Of a stretch of 64,000 bases of DNA, positions 26,054-37,162 are shown in pieces. The stretch's first letter is position 1. Every line of letters starts with the position of its first letter. The position numbers were made by a program, and so were the translations under genes. Under the pieces are notes generated by a model that was not told the origin of the DNA, searched no databases, and saw only the letters and a list, made by a program, of their open reading frames with translations. Source of the stretch: an uncultured delta proteobacterium (GTDB lineage Bacteria > Myxococcota > Myxococcia > Myxococcales > Myxococcaceae); contig CAWCKH010000005.1 in assembly GCA_963796055.1 (NCBI GenBank), positions 128,001 through 192,000 on the forward strand, written 5' to 3'.

Positions 26054-27325
26054 TCAGGCCGATTCCTTCTGCAGCTCGTCCTTCTCGGTGGCGTGCAGGA
26101 TGACCGGCTCGCTCTTCTTGAGGATGACCTCCTCGGAGATCACCACCTCACGGGCGGTCTTCTGGGACGGGATGTCGTACATCACGTCCAGCATCGCGCT
26201 CTCGAGGATGGAGCGCAGCCCGCGCGCTCCGGCCTTGCGGCGGATGGCCTCCGAGGCGATGGCCTTCAGCGCCCCGTCGGTGAACTTCAGCGCCACCCCG
26301 TCGAGGTCGAAGAGCTTGCGATACTGCTTCACCAGCGCGTTCTTCGGCTGGCTGAGGATGCTCATCAGCGAGCCCTCGTCCAGCTCCTCCAGCGCGGTCA
26401 CGATCGGAAGGCGCCCGATGAACTCGGGGATCATCCCGAACTTGAGGAGATCCTCGGGCTCGACGTGCTGGAGGAGCTCGGAGAGATTCCGCTGCTTCTT
26501 CTCCCTGATGTCCGCCCCGAAGCCCAGCGACCGCCCGCCCAGACGGCGCTCGATGATCTGGTCCAGGCCGCCGAAGGCGCCACCGCAGATGAAGAGGATG
26601 TTGGTGGTGTCGACCTGCAGGAACTCCTGCTGGGGGTGCTTGCGTCCGCCCTTGGGGGGGACATTGGCCACCGTGCCCTCGATGATCTTCAAGAGAGCCT
26701 GCTGGACACCCTCGCCCGAGACGTCCCGGGTGATGCTGGGGTTCTCGGACTTGCGGGCGATCTTGTCGATCTCGTCGATGTAGACGATGCCCCGCTGGGC
26801 CCGCTCGATGTCGTGATCGGCGGCCTGCAAGAGATTGACGATGATGTTCTCCACGTCCTCGCCCACGTAGCCGGCCTCGGTGAGGCAGGTGGCGTCGGCG
26901 ATGGTGAACGGGACGTTGAGGATGCGGGCCAGGGTCTGGGCGAGGAGCGTCTTGCCGCTGCCGGTGGGGCCGAGCAGAAGGATGTTGCTCTTCTGTAGCT
27001 CCACGTCGTCCATCGCCACCTTGGACTCGATGCGCTTGTAGTGGTTGTGGACCGCGACCGCGAGGACCTTCTTCGCCCGCTCCTGGCCGATGACGTACTC
27101 GTCGAGGATCGACTTGATCTCGCTCGGTCGGGGGATGCGGAGCTTGGTGTCCTTGGTCTCTTCCCGGTCGATCTCCTCGGCGATGATGTCGTTGCAGAGG
27201 CCGATGCACTCGTCGCAGATGTAGACCGTGGGCCCAGCGATGAGCTTCTTCACCTCCTTCTGGGACTTGCCACAGAAGGAGCAGCACAAGGTCTGGTTGG
27301 ACTTCTCCACGTTCTTCCCTGCCAT
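26054..27325 (-). CDS. clpX: ATP-dependent Clp protease ATPase subunit
   Basis: CSFCGK/CDEC zinc finger, [19 protein letters not shown] loop. Confidence 0.98.
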   Translation of the reverse strand: MAGKNVEKSNQTLCCSFCGKSQKEVKKLIAGPTVYICDECIGLCNDIIAEEIDREETKDTKLRIPRPSEIKSILDEYVIGQERAKKVLAVAVHNHYKRIESKVAMDDVELQKSNILLLGPTGSGKTLLAQTLARILNVPFTIADATCLTEAGYVGEDVENIIVNLLQAADHDIERAQRGIVYIDEIDKIARKSENPSITRDVSGEGVQQALLKIIEGTVANVPPKGGRKHPQQEFLQVDTTNILFICGGAFGGLDQIIERRLGGRSLGFGADIREKKQRNLSELLQHVEPEDLLKFGMIPEFIGRLPIVTALEELDEGSLMSILSQPKNALVKQYRKLFDLDGVALKFTDGALKAIASEAIRRKAGARGLRSILESAMLDVMYDIPSQKTAREVVISEEVILKKSEPVILHATEKDELQKESA

Positions 27326-27419
27326 CAAAGCCCTCGACTGCGGAATCTAGTCCTGGTCCTGCGTTCTTAACAGCCTACGACCGCTGGCCGCAGCGCGGCA
27401 CGGACACCGGGGCACACCC

Positions 27420-28040
27420 TCAGCGATCGCGCCGCTCTTCCGCGGGCTTGAGGCTCTTGCGGTTCACGCTGACCACCTCGTCCACGATGCCGTAGGCCCG
27501 GGCCTCGGCGGCCCCCATGAAGTAGTCGCGATCGCTGTCCTTCTCGACCCGCTCCAGCGGCTGGCCGGTGTGCCGGGCGATGATCTCGTTGAGCCGGCCC
27601 TTCATCCTCAAGATTTCCTTGGCCTGGATCTCGATGTCGGTGGCCTGCCCCTGCGCGCCGCCCATCGGCTGGTGGATCATGATCCGGGCGTTGGGCAGGG
27701 CCTGGCGCTTGCCCTTGGCCCCGGCGAGGAGCAGCACCGCGCCCATCGACGCCGCCTGCCCCACGCAGATGGTGGACACCGCCGGACGGACGTACTGCAT
27801 CGTGTCGTAGATGGCCATGCCTGCGGTGACCGAGCCGCCGGGGGAGTTGATGTAGAGGTTGATGTCCTTGTCCGGGTCCTCGGACTCGAGGAACAGCATC
27901 TGGGCGACGATGACGTTGGCCAGCTCGTCGTGGATCTCGGTCCCGAGGAGAATGATCCGGTCTTTCAGCAGGCGGCTGTAGATGTCGTACGAGCGCTCGC
28001 CGCGGTGGGTCTGCTCGATGACGTAGGGGATGAGAGGCAT
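27420..28040 (-). CDS. clpP: Clp protease proteolytic subunit
   Basis: [28 protein letters not shown]. Confidence 0.98.
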   Translation of the reverse strand: MPLIPYVIEQTHRGERSYDIYSRLLKDRIILLGTEIHDELANVIVAQMLFLESEDPDKDINLYINSPGGSVTAGMAIYDTMQYVRPAVSTICVGQAASMGAVLLLAGAKGKRQALPNARIMIHQPMGGAQGQATDIEIQAKEILRMKGRLNEIIARHTGQPLERVEKDSDRDYFMGAAEARAYGIVDEVVSVNRKSLKPAEERRDR

Positions 28041-28049
28041 TCCGAGCTC

Positions 28050-29330
28050 CTACCCTTCATCCTTCGCGGCGGCCTTCAAGAATTCAACCGTCTTTTCCTC
28101 GCGGACCCGCTGCTCGAGGGCCCGGCGCTGCTCGGGCTCCTTGAAGGCCTTGCGCACCTGGTGGAGCGGCGCCCCACTGTCGGTCGCATACTGGGCAATG
28201 CGCGCATCGAGCTCCTCGGAGTTGACGGAGAGTCCCTCCTTCTCCGCCACCGCCGCCAGGATCAATGCTCCACGCACCTCCGCCTCCGCCTTGGGCCGCA
28301 TCTCCTCGCGGAGCGAGGCGAAGTCGAGGTTGAGCCGCGACGGGTCGAGGCCCTGGCGGGCCATCATCCGCAGCGCCCCGTCGAGCATCGCGTCGAGCCC
28401 GCGCTCGATCATCGCCTTGGGCAGGTCGAACGGATTGCGCTCCACGAGCCCCTTGACCAGCTGCTCGCGCTCGTCCTGCGCCGCCCGGTTCCTCGCTGCG
28501 GCCTCCAGGTCGCTGCGCACCTTGGCCTTCAGCTCGCTCAGGGTCTCCCCTCCCCCGACCTCCTTGGCGAAGTCGTCGTCGAGCGCGGGGACGAGCTGCC
28601 GCTTGAGGCCCTTCAGGCTGAAGGTGAAGCGGGCGGTCTTCCCGGCGCGGCCCGGCTCGGGGTCGTCCGCGGCAAAAGCATGGTCCAGGGTGCGGCTCTG
28701 GCCGATGATGGTGCCAGCGAGCTCCGGGACGTTCCCCCGCATCAGGTCGCCCGGGGCGACCTCCACCGTGACCTCCTCGGCCTTGCTCCCGGCGAAGGGC
28801 TGCCCATCGATGGCTCCGGCGTAGTCCACGATGGCGAAGTCACCGCTCTCGGCGACGGTCCGCCCCTCCACCGGCTCGAGCCGCGCCACGCGCTGGCGCA
28901 TGGCCCCGAGCCGCTCGTCCACCTCCGCGTCGGTGACGACCGGCTGGGCGCGCTTGAGCGGCAGCCCGCGGTAGTCCTTCGGCTCCACCTTGGGCCGGAC
29001 CTCGACCCGGGCCTCGAAGGCGAAGGGCGCATCGTGGAGGAGCCGGACCGGGGTCAGCTGCGGCGCGCCGACCGCGTCCACGTGGTGCTCGGAGATGGCG
29101 GACAGGTACGCCCGCTCCACCAGACGGCGGGCCACGTCGTCCTCGACCTCCCCCTTGAACTTCGCCTCCAGGATCCGGCGGGGAATCTTGCCTGGCCGGA
29201 AACCGGGCAGGCGCACCTGGCGTCCCAGCTGGGCATACGCCCGGCCGAGCTCGGCCTGGACCTGCTCGGGGGGAACCTCGATGGAGAGCTTGCGCTCGAC
29301 CGGGGACAGCTCTTCGACCTGGACCTTCAT
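28050..29330 (-). CDS. tig: Trigger factor
   Basis: PGFRPGKIP ribosome-binding motif, FKBP domain, LDDDFAK; upstream of clpP. Confidence 0.95.
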   Translation of the reverse strand: MKVQVEELSPVERKLSIEVPPEQVQAELGRAYAQLGRQVRLPGFRPGKIPRRILEAKFKGEVEDDVARRLVERAYLSAISEHHVDAVGAPQLTPVRLLHDAPFAFEARVEVRPKVEPKDYRGLPLKRAQPVVTDAEVDERLGAMRQRVARLEPVEGRTVAESGDFAIVDYAGAIDGQPFAGSKAEEVTVEVAPGDLMRGNVPELAGTIIGQSRTLDHAFAADDPEPGRAGKTARFTFSLKGLKRQLVPALDDDFAKEVGGGETLSELKAKVRSDLEAAARNRAAQDEREQLVKGLVERNPFDLPKAMIERGLDAMLDGALRMMARQGLDPSRLNLDFASLREEMRPKAEAEVRGALILAAVAEKEGLSVNSEELDARIAQYATDSGAPLHQVRKAFKEPEQRRALEQRVREEKTVEFLKAAAKDEG

Positions 29331-29399
29331 CGGAAGGACAGGGCCTTAAGAGCCCCGGTCCCCCCGTGTCAATGCGACTTCGAGCCGCGCCTGGTGGGC

Positions 29400-29825
29400 C
29401 TAGCTCTCCGAGCCCGACGAGCGCGGGCTGGCCGCCGGAGCGGGTGGGGAGGCTCGCCGGCCGGAGAACCCGGCCGCGAGCGACAGGAGGTCCCCGACCT
29501 CGAACGGCTTCTTCAGCGCCCTGACGACTCCTGGATTGTCGGCGAACCATTCGGGGGCGACTGCCGCGGACATGACCACCACCTCGAAGTCGTCCCGGTC
29601 TTCCCGCTGCCGGAGCGCGCGCAGGAACGCCAGGCCATCCATCACCGGCATCCAGAGGTCGAGCAGAATGAGGGCCGGTCGAGGAAGGTGCTTGAGCGCG
29701 ACCAGCGCCTCCATCCCGTTCCTGGCCACGAGGACGAGGTGCCCCTCGTCGGCCAGGGCCTCTTCGATCGTGTCGCGGACGTTCACGTCGTCTTCGACGA
29801 TCAGGACACTGGCTGCGGCGGGCAC
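29400..29825 (-). CDS. Single-domain response regulator (start uncertain)
   Basis: IVEDD, LLDLWMPVMDG, SA, KPF. Confidence 0.85.
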   Translation of the reverse strand: MPAAASVLIVEDDVNVRDTIEEALADEGHLVLVARNGMEALVALKHLPRPALILLDLWMPVMDGLAFLRALRQREDRDDFEVVVMSAAVAPEWFADNPGVVRALKKPFEVGDLLSLAAGFSGRRASPPAPAASPRSSGSES

Positions 29826-29971
29826 GTCCGCGATGTTGCACCCGGCCCTGAACCGGCACCCGTGCCCGACACCGGGATCGACGTCCAATCGACACTCGGC
29901 AGGGAGAAACCAGAGCAGGTCTGCGAGCGTGTCCTACAAAGGGCTCGCCACGGCGAGACCGGTCTACTGAG

Positions 29972-30053
29972 TGGGCAGACCGAGAGTCGAACTCGGACCC
30001 CTTTCGGGACTGGATCCTAAGTCCAGCGCGTCTACCAGTTTCGCCATCTGCCC
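29972..30053 (-). tRNA. tRNA-Leu(TAG)
   Basis: GGGCAGA/TCTGCCC acceptor stem, anticodon arm CTGGA-CTTAGGA-TCCAG, long variable arm, TTCGA loop; CCA not encoded. Confidence 0.95.
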
Positions 30054-30113
30054 CGGGGGACGACGCACGGCAGCCTGACACGTGCTCGCCGCCCCTGGCC
30101 ACCCCTGCCGGAA

Positions 30114-33110
30114 TCAGCGGGCGGCGGCGGCGCCGAGCTTCTCCTGGACGGCACGCAGCGCGGGCCCCAGCGACGTTCCCGCAGGGCCAGCACCCTGCGC
30201 CGCCCGGCGAGCATCCTCGAGCAGCGCCATCGCCTCGGTCCTCTTGCCCCGGTCGAGGAGACAGGCGGCGTGCGCGAGCTGGACCCGGGCCACCGGTGGG
30301 CTGTCCGGGTCCATCACCCTGCCGAGGAGGGTCACCGCTTCGGCCAGCATCGGCTCGCCCTCGGCAGCCCGACCCGTCTGGCACAGGCTCGCACCCCGGG
30401 CCTCCAGCGCCACCGCGCGTACGCCGGGCAGCTGGACCAGCGCCGGCATCCGGACGATCTCGAGCAGGCGGCCCGACGCGGACAGCGCCTCGTCCCCCTG
30501 CCCACCGGCGAGCGCCAGCCGTGCCCGTCCGGCGTCGGCCAGAACCCGCCGCGTCAGGTCGGCGCGCGTCTCCCATCCGGAGAGGGTGAGCGCCTGGGCC
30601 AGCTCGGTGTGGGCCTCGGCGGTCTCGTTGCGGTCGACCGCGATGAGGCCCTTCACCAGATGCACGTCCCCCTCGGGGGCGAGCGCGGTGCGCGGGCTCT
30701 TCTGGACGACGGACAGGGCCTCGTCGAGCAGGCCACGGGCGGCGGCGTGTTCCCCGAGCGCTGCACGGGCCTCGGCGAGCCACACCGTGGGCACCACGCG
30801 CAGGACGCTCTCCCCTCGCTGCGCCCAGATCGCGCGCGACTCCTCGAGCACCGGGATGGCACGCTCGAATCGACCCAGCCGGAGGTAGGCCAGGCCGAGG
30901 CGCTCCAGCGACTGAGCGTGGGTGTTGCTCCCCCGCCGCACCCGCGCCAGCTCGCTGGCCGAGACCTCCACCAGACCGAGCGCCTCGTCGCGCCGCCCAC
31001 CCCTCTCCAGCACCGTCATCCCGCGCAGGCCCTGGTTCTGCAGCGTGAGGAAGTGCGTCGGCCCGGTGGTCCGGAGGTAGCCGAGGTGGGCCTCGATGTG
31101 GTCCGCCTCGGCCTCGGCGACCTTGCCGTTGCTGTCCCGGATGACTGCGCGGAGCGAGAAGGCGTTGGGCAGCTCGTACCCCACCCGGCTCCGCCGCGTT
31201 GCCACCGCCACCGCCTCGTCGGCGACGGCCTCGGCCCGCGCCGGGACATTGGAGAGCCGGTACACCTGCGCCAGGTGGAACAGCGCCCCCAGCCGCCCGT
31301 CGCTCTCGGGGTAGCGCTCGCGGAACAGCGCCACCGACCGCTCGAGCAGCGCGGCCCCGGAACCCAGGTCCGGCGCGTTCCCCCGCCGGACGAGGTTGCC
31401 GCGGATCTTCAGGGCCTGGGCGAACACTTCCGAGCTCTCGTCACCCAGCGCCGCAAAGACCGGCTTGGCCCGATCGATCCATGTCTTCGCCTCCTCCCAC
31501 CGGCCGGCGAACATCGCCGTGTTCGCCAGCTCGGTCAGGACCATCGCCTGGTCGGCGTTGGGCGAGGGCTCCGCTTTCTCTGCCACCAACAGCGCCTGCT
31601 CGAGGAGGGCGATGCTCCGGTCCGCCATGTCCAGCGAGGAGTAGACGTCGGAGAGGGTGGTCAGCACCGAGACCTTCTCGTGGGGCTGGCCGCCCAGCGC
31701 CGACCCGATGCGGGCCGCGGCCGCGTCCACCGCCTCCTTCACCGTTCGCTCCCACACCGGGCGACTCCCCGGGGCCTGCGAGCCGGCGGCGGAGAGCACC
31801 TCGTTGAGGAAGTCGCGGACCGCCTTCGCGTTGCGGGCCTCGGTCTGGGCCAGCCGCTTCTCGGCCCGGGCCCGCCGCGCCTGAACCACCGCCACGGTGG
31901 TCGATGCCACCAGCGCGCCGGCCACCGCCGCCGAACCCAGGACCATCCACCGGTGCCGGGAGACGAAGCGCCGGACGTGTTGCCAGCGGGAGTCCAGCTG
32001 GGCCTGGAGCGGCTCGAGCTCGATCGAGCGCCGGAGGTCGTCGGCGAAGGCCTCCGCGCTCGGGTACCGCCCCTCGGGCTGCTTGGCCAGGGCGCGGAGG
32101 AGAATGGAGTCCAGATCCCCGGCCAGGCGCCGGCGGAGCTTCGCGGCGGTGGAGCCCCTCGCCAGGGCCGCCGCCTCGCTCACCGCCAGGCTCGGGGAGA
32201 GCGGTTCGGAGGCGAGGATGGCCGCGGCGAGCTCCGGTCCGGAGCTTCCCGGGAGCTGCACCGGACGGCTGCCGGTGAGCAGCTCGAAGAGCACCACCCC
32301 CAGCGAGTAGACATCGCTCGCGGTGGTCAGCGGGGTGCCGAGGATCTGCTCGGGGCTCGCGTAGCCCGGGGTGAGGGCGCGTCCGGTGGCCCGGGTGAGC
32401 GGCGTGTCCAGGGCGGCCCCCTCCGGCTCGAGGAGGGTGGCCACCCCGAAGTCGAGCAACCGCACCTGTCCCTCGTCGGTCACCAGGATGTTGGAGGGCT
32501 TGAGGTCCCGGTGCAGGACCAGATTGGCATGGGCGTACTGGACGGCGTCGAGCACCTGGAGGAACAGCGCGAGGCGGCCCTCGACGTCGAGCTGCCGGCC
32601 GTCGGCGTAGGCGGTGACGTGCAGTCCGTTCACCCGCTCCATCGCCAGGAACGGCTGACCCTGCGCCACCCCGGCGTCGTAGAGCCGGGCGATGTGCGGA
32701 TGCTCCAGCCGGGCGAGGATGTCCCGCTCGCGGGCGAACCGCAGGGCCACCTCGCGGCGACGCGAGTCGAGGAGCGGCAGCTTGAGCGCCACGTCCCGGC
32801 GCAGCGCGCCGTCGTCACGCCGCGCCAGCCACACCTCCCCCATCCCGCCGGTGCCCAGCAGCTCCACCAGGAGGTAGGGACCCACCCGTTCCCCGGGCCG
32901 GTGGCCGAGGACTGCCGCGCCGGGGACGGGCGGGGCGGAGGCCGTGGCCGTCTCCGCCACCCGGGCCTCGATCAGCCGGCGAACGGCGGTCACCAGCGTG
33001 GGCTCTCTCCGGGAGAGCTCGTCCAGCCACGCGGCGCGCGCCACTTGGCTCAGGGCCAGCCCCTCGTCAACCAGCTCCGCGATGCGGCTCCAGTCCTGCG
33101 ACGTGGCCAT
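30114..33110 (-). CDS. Membrane Ser/Thr protein kinase with TPR repeats
   Basis: GTGGMGEV, VALK, HRDLKPSN, DFG, TPGYASPE; TM; TPR-like C-terminus. Confidence 0.92.
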   Translation of the reverse strand: MATSQDWSRIAELVDEGLALSQVARAAWLDELSRREPTLVTAVRRLIEARVAETATASAPPVPGAAVLGHRPGERVGPYLLVELLGTGGMGEVWLARRDDGALRRDVALKLPLLDSRRREVALRFARERDILARLEHPHIARLYDAGVAQGQPFLAMERVNGLHVTAYADGRQLDVEGRLALFLQVLDAVQYAHANLVLHRDLKPSNILVTDEGQVRLLDFGVATLLEPEGAALDTPLTRATGRALTPGYASPEQILGTPLTTASDVYSLGVVLFELLTGSRPVQLPGSSGPELAAAILASEPLSPSLAVSEAAALARGSTAAKLRRRLAGDLDSILLRALAKQPEGRYPSAEAFADDLRRSIELEPLQAQLDSRWQHVRRFVSRHRWMVLGSAAVAGALVASTTVAVVQARRARAEKRLAQTEARNAKAVRDFLNEVLSAAGSQAPGSRPVWERTVKEAVDAAAARIGSALGGQPHEKVSVLTTLSDVYSSLDMADRSIALLEQALLVAEKAEPSPNADQAMVLTELANTAMFAGRWEEAKTWIDRAKPVFAALGDESSEVFAQALKIRGNLVRRGNAPDLGSGAALLERSVALFRERYPESDGRLGALFHLAQVYRLSNVPARAEAVADEAVAVATRRSRVGYELPNAFSLRAVIRDSNGKVAEAEADHIEAHLGYLRTTGPTHFLTLQNQGLRGMTVLERGGRRDEALGLVEVSASELARVRRGSNTHAQSLERLGLAYLRLGRFERAIPVLEESRAIWAQRGESVLRVVPTVWLAEARAALGEHAAARGLLDEALSVVQKSPRTALAPEGDVHLVKGLIAVDRNETAEAHTELAQALTLSGWETRADLTRRVLADAGRARLALAGGQGDEALSASGRLLEIVRMPALVQLPGVRAVALEARGASLCQTGRAAEGEPMLAEAVTLLGRVMDPDSPPVARVQLAHAACLLDRGKRTEAMALLEDARRAAQGAGPAGTSLGPALRAVQEKLGAAAAR

Positions 33111-33159
33111 CCTCATGCCCCGGCAGACACGCCCTGGGCCTCCGGTTGCAGTCTCACAC

Positions 33160-33636
33160 TCATCGGCCGGCCAGTGCCCGGAGCGCCTCCCCGTCGAGGC
33201 GGCAGGTCAACCATTCGCGGACCACCTGGGCCCCCAGGGACTCGTAGAACTCGATGCTGGGACTGTTCCAGTCCAGCACCTGCCAGACGAACCGGCCGCA
33301 GCCGGTGTCGAGCGCGGTCCGGGCGAGGAAGCGCATCATCTCCTTGCCGATGCCGCGGCCGCGGGCCTCGGGCCGCACGAAGAGGTCCTCGAGGTAGAGC
33401 GTGGGCTGCCCGCGCCAGGTCGAGTAGGCGTAGAACCAGAAGGCGAAGCCCACCGGCGTCCCGTCCCACTCGGCGATGGTCGCCTGGAACAGCGGCCGCT
33501 CGCCGAACCCGTCCCGCTCCAGCGACGCCTCGGTGGCGACGACCGCCTCGGGCGCGCGCTCGTAGGTGGCCAGCTCCCGGATGAGCGAGACGATGAGCGG
33601 CACGTCGGCGTGGACGGCGGGGCGGAGGCGGAGCAC
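33160..33636 (-). CDS. GNAT N-acetyltransferase (SSAT-like)
   Basis: IRELATYE, YSTW.G..LYLEDLFV, RGRGIG, VLDWN. Confidence 0.9.
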   Translation of the reverse strand: MLRLRPAVHADVPLIVSLIRELATYERAPEAVVATEASLERDGFGERPLFQATIAEWDGTPVGFAFWFYAYSTWRGQPTLYLEDLFVRPEARGRGIGKEMMRFLARTALDTGCGRFVWQVLDWNSPSIEFYESLGAQVVREWLTCRLDGEALRALAGR

Positions 33637-33724
33637 GGGACCATCATGCCCCGTGCTCCGCCGTCATCGCTGGAACAGTCCGCCCGCCTCCCACGGACCG
33701 TTCCGTGCTGGTCCCGCCCTGCCC

Positions 33725-34102
33725 TCAGGCTCCGCAGCGCGTCACATGCGCCGCGACCGCCAGCCAGCGTCCGGCCCGGCGTGCCCAGACGTCGGTGTAG
33801 CGCCCGTGCCCGGGACGCCCCCCGTCGCGGAAGGTGGTCCGGGCATGGACCAGGGCCACATCGTCGAGCAGCCGGACCAGGATGTCGTGGGCCTCGAGCT
33901 CCGACAGCGACGAGGGGGCCGAAGCCCGGACGAGGAACGCGGCCCGATCGAGCAGCGTCCCGTCCGGGCGCGAGCAGAGGAAGTCCGGCGCCAGGTGCCC
34001 CTCGAACCAGTCCCGGTCCGAGCGCTCGGCCGCCCGGAGGTACTCGGCGTTGAGCCGGAGCAGGACCTCACCGTCCGCGGATGGCGCCGGCGGCACGGTC
34101 AT
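33725..34102 (-). CDS. DUF4440 / NTF2-like protein
   Basis: LAPDFLCSRPDG...GRYTDVWARR..W.AVAAH; coupled to the upstream gene. Confidence 0.8.
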   Translation of the reverse strand: MTVPPAPSADGEVLLRLNAEYLRAAERSDRDWFEGHLAPDFLCSRPDGTLLDRAAFLVRASAPSSLSELEAHDILVRLLDDVALVHARTTFRDGGRPGHGRYTDVWARRAGRWLAVAAHVTRCGA

Positions 34103-35337
34103 TCGTTCTCCCTCTCGTCGTCCCCGTGCATGCCGCGGCCCGACCCACCGGCGGGAATCGCCCGGAACGCCGTCGTCGCCCCGGTGGTGGAGTCGAGGAA
34201 CTGGCCGCCGATGCGTCCGAGATCGTCGATGTCCCCTGCATTGGTGATGGTGCCGGTCATGCCAGTGAGGACGTGCGAGGTGAGGTCGATGACCTGGCCG
34301 CGCTCCCAGAGCACGCCCTGGCAGGCGCTTCCCGCGCAGGAGACGCCGACCACCTGCCGCCAGACGTTGATGCCCAGCGCCTGACCGTTGTCGTGGCCGC
34401 TCAGCAGCGGCAGCGGCTGGATCCCGTCGGACCTGGTCCAGAGGAAGGGCCGGGGCACGAACTGGTCGACGGGGGTCCCGGGCGCGTTGGCGAAGCCCAC
34501 CACGTCTCCCCAGGCGTTGATGGCCATCGGCGTGTTCCACCCCTCCCCGCCGAGGGTCCCGAGGTCGGTGATCGACCCGTCCTCCCACATCACCGCCCTC
34601 CGGGCGCTGACTCCCCCGACCGCGATGCCACAGGCGCCGGAGATTCCGATCGCCTGGCCGCGGTCGTTGATGCCCGTGGCCGCGCTGGTCGAGTCGCCGG
34701 GCAAGGGCGGCAGCTCGTGCATCTCGTCCTTGCCGGGACCCCAGAGGGCCGCGATGAACTGGCGCTTCTGCCGTCCGGTGCAGCTGGGATCGAGCACCTG
34801 GGTCTCCGCCCAACCGACGATCTGACGGAAGTTGTTGGCCGAGGTGGCGAAGCCGTTTCCCCCGCCCCAGGTGGGAAGGGCCCGGATGTTCCCGTGCTCC
34901 CAGACAACGCCCAGGCACGTCTTCCCGGTGCGGGAGGGGAAGAAGAAGCGGCAGCTCCAGGTCTCGCCGAGCGGCTGGTCCTGATTCGTCTCCGCGACCC
35001 CGGCCACCAGGCCAATGACGTTCTTGGAGGGCCAGAGCACCGCGCTGTTCGGCCCGCCGAGCGTCCCGAGGTCGGTCGGGGTGCGCCCGCGCCAGATCGT
35101 CGCGTGAACGGTCGCATTCCCGGCCTGGGCCGAGAGACCGCCGACCCATCCCAGGTCGTTGATGCTGTTCCCCTGGCTGACGGTGCCTCCGAGCGAGGGC
35201 AGCGGGATGACCACGTAGCTCCGCCCCTCGCCTTGCCCCAGCCCGGCCCCGCTCTCCGCGGTGGGCGCCGATTCCTGGCTGCAGGCCAGCGCCCCGAGCA
35301 CCAACGCCGTGCTCAACCATCTCCTCTGCACTCGCAT
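34099..35337 (-). CDS. HAF-repeat extracellular lipoprotein
   Basis: Lipobox-like GALAC; repeated DLGTLGG / A.GIN..GQ.VG units. Confidence 0.8.
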   Translation of the reverse strand: MRVQRRWLSTALVLGALACSQESAPTAESGAGLGQGEGRSYVVIPLPSLGGTVSQGNSINDLGWVGGLSAQAGNATVHATIWRGRTPTDLGTLGGPNSAVLWPSKNVIGLVAGVAETNQDQPLGETWSCRFFFPSRTGKTCLGVVWEHGNIRALPTWGGGNGFATSANNFRQIVGWAETQVLDPSCTGRQKRQFIAALWGPGKDEMHELPPLPGDSTSAATGINDRGQAIGISGACGIAVGGVSARRAVMWEDGSITDLGTLGGEGWNTPMAINAWGDVVGFANAPGTPVDQFVPRPFLWTRSDGIQPLPLLSGHDNGQALGINVWRQVVGVSCAGSACQGVLWERGQVIDLTSHVLTGMTGTITNAGDIDDLGRIGGQFLDSTTGATTAFRAIPAGGSGRGMHGDDERENE

Positions 35338-35490
35338 GCGTCCTCCTCCGGGGCCTTCGCCCCTGGACTTCGTGGAGGCCTGCGAGCGTGGAGCGTCGGG
35401 GGATGGGGCGCTGTCAGCTTCTTGAACGAGGACTGTCACGGAATTCAGGTCGACGGGCGCAGGCAGCCCCGACGTCGTAGGCTTCGGGCC

Positions 35491-36363
35491 ATGACCACGG
35501 TCCGCCTCATTTCCGAGGAGCGGACGACCCCGCGTCGGGTTCGACTCCTCGAGACGCCCATCGCTCTGGTCGAGGATGTCCGCGCCGACGTGGGCGACGG
35601 GTGGGTGGGGGCGGAGGGCTTCTCTTCCGAGTTTCAGCTCGCCCTGCCTTACCAGGGCCTCTTCGTCTGGGAGGTGGGCCGGGACTCGGTGGTGGGCGAT
35701 GCGAACCAGGTGCTGTTCGTCGCCGGAGGCGAGGCGTTCCGGATGCGCAGCCCGCTGCCCGGCGGCTACGGGGAGCTGATCGTCACGCCGGGCGGGCCAC
35801 TCCTCGACGAGATCACGGGGAGCCGCGGCAGCATCGCGCGGGTACATCCCCTCTTCCGGCGCCGGAGCCGGCGAATCGACCCCGGGCTGCAGCTCGCCCG
35901 CGCTCGCTTCCTGGCCCGGGCCCGCGAGGGCGGCGAGACGCTCCAGGCCGACGAGCAGATGGTGTGGCTCCTGCGCATGGCGCTCGCCGACGAGCGCCTG
36001 AGCCGGCCGCCGGCCCGCTGCACCCAGCGGCTGGTCGACCGCGCCAAGACGTACCTCGCGTCCGAACTCGGCCGGTCGATCCAGCTGGCGGAGATCGCCC
36101 GCGCGGTGGGGGCCTCACCCGGCTACCTGACCCAGCTCTTCCGCGCGGTGGAGGGCATCCCGCTCCACGCGTACCTGACGCAGCTCCGCCTGGCGCAGGC
36201 CTTGGTCGAGCTGCCGCACGCCGAGGACCTCACCGAGCTGGCGCTGGAGCTCGGGTTCTCGAGTCACAGCCACTTCTCCGCCCGGTTCCGCCGGGCCTTC
36301 GGGCTCACCCCGTCCGACTTCCGGCGGAGCTGCCGCCTCCGCTCCCCTCCGCTACCGGTCTAG
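35491..36363 (+). CDS. AraC family transcriptional regulator
   Basis: LAEIARAVGASPGYL...ALELGFSSHSHFSARFRRAFGLTPS. Confidence 0.9.
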   Translation: MTTVRLISEERTTPRRVRLLETPIALVEDVRADVGDGWVGAEGFSSEFQLALPYQGLFVWEVGRDSVVGDANQVLFVAGGEAFRMRSPLPGGYGELIVTPGGPLLDEITGSRGSIARVHPLFRRRSRRIDPGLQLARARFLARAREGGETLQADEQMVWLLRMALADERLSRPPARCTQRLVDRAKTYLASELGRSIQLAEIARAVGASPGYLTQLFRAVEGIPLHAYLTQLRLAQALVELPHAEDLTELALELGFSSHSHFSARFRRAFGLTPSDFRRSCRLRSPPLPV

Positions 36364-36391
36364 GTCAGGGTCGCCGCAGTCGAGGTCTGCG

Positions 36392-37162
36392 TCAGGGTGA
36401 AGTCAGGCGGGCTGCAGTCGGCGAGGTCAGGGCGTCCGCGGCGAGCCGGACCCTGAGCGCCTCGATCTCCGCGCGCACCCGCGCCTTGAGCGGCTCCACG
36501 TCGGCCAGCGTCATACCCGCGGTGGAGATGGCCGTGCCCACAGTGACCCGCCCCTCGGCGCGCCCGAAGCGCCAGCTGTGCTTGGGCAGCGCGGTGCGCG
36601 TCCCGGCCACCGCCAGCGGCAGGATGTCCGCCCCCGTCTCGATGGCGAGCCGGAACGCGCCGTCCTTGAAGGGGAGCAGCTGGCCGTCCTTGCTCCGCGT
36701 GCCCTCGGGAAAGAGCATCACCGGCATTCCGAGGGCGAGCCACCGGGCGCACGCGCCCATCGCCTCCCGCGCCGAGTCGCTGTCCCCGCGCTCGACCGGG
36801 ATGTCCCCCGCCATCCACATCATCCAGCCCGCCACCGGGATGCGGAACAGCGAGGCCTTTCCCAGCCACTTCATCTCCCAGGGGAGGAAGGAGACCAGGA
36901 AGGGGTCGGCGTTGGATTCGTGGTTGCTCACCACCACCGTCTTCCCCGGACTCCGCGACGGCGCCGGACCCACCACGCCAAAGCGCCAGAAGGGGTTCAG
37001 CTTCGCCGCCACCACCCCGACCAGCCGGAACGTCCGGCCGGCCACACGCCTCCGCCGGTCGAACGGAAGGCAGAGCACGAAGAGCGCCGTCTGGACGAGG
37101 AACCCCAGCAGGGCCACCCCGGCGATCTCCACCCAGGCCCAGATGGACAGCAGCGCGTTCAT
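36392..37162 (-). CDS. plsC: Lysophospholipid acyltransferase (PlsC family)
   Basis: NHESNAD (HX4D), FPEGTRS, FKDGAF. Confidence 0.9.
   Translation of the reverse strand: MNALLSIWAWVEIAGVALLGFLVQTALFVLCLPFDRRRRVAGRTFRLVGVVAAKLNPFWRFGVVGPAPSRSPGKTVVVSNHESNADPFLVSFLPWEMKWLGKASLFRIPVAGWMMWMAGDIPVERGDSDSAREAMGACARWLALGMPVMLFPEGTRSKDGQLLPFKDGAFRLAIETGADILPLAVAGTRTALPKHSWRFGRAEGRVTVGTAISTAGMTLADVEPLKARVRAEIEALRVRLAADALTSPTAARLTSP

Noticed and set aside
34099..35337. Repeats as a CRISPR array or DNA repeat
   Set aside because: Protein-level HAF repeats only; no CRISPR array or cas genes seen in the window
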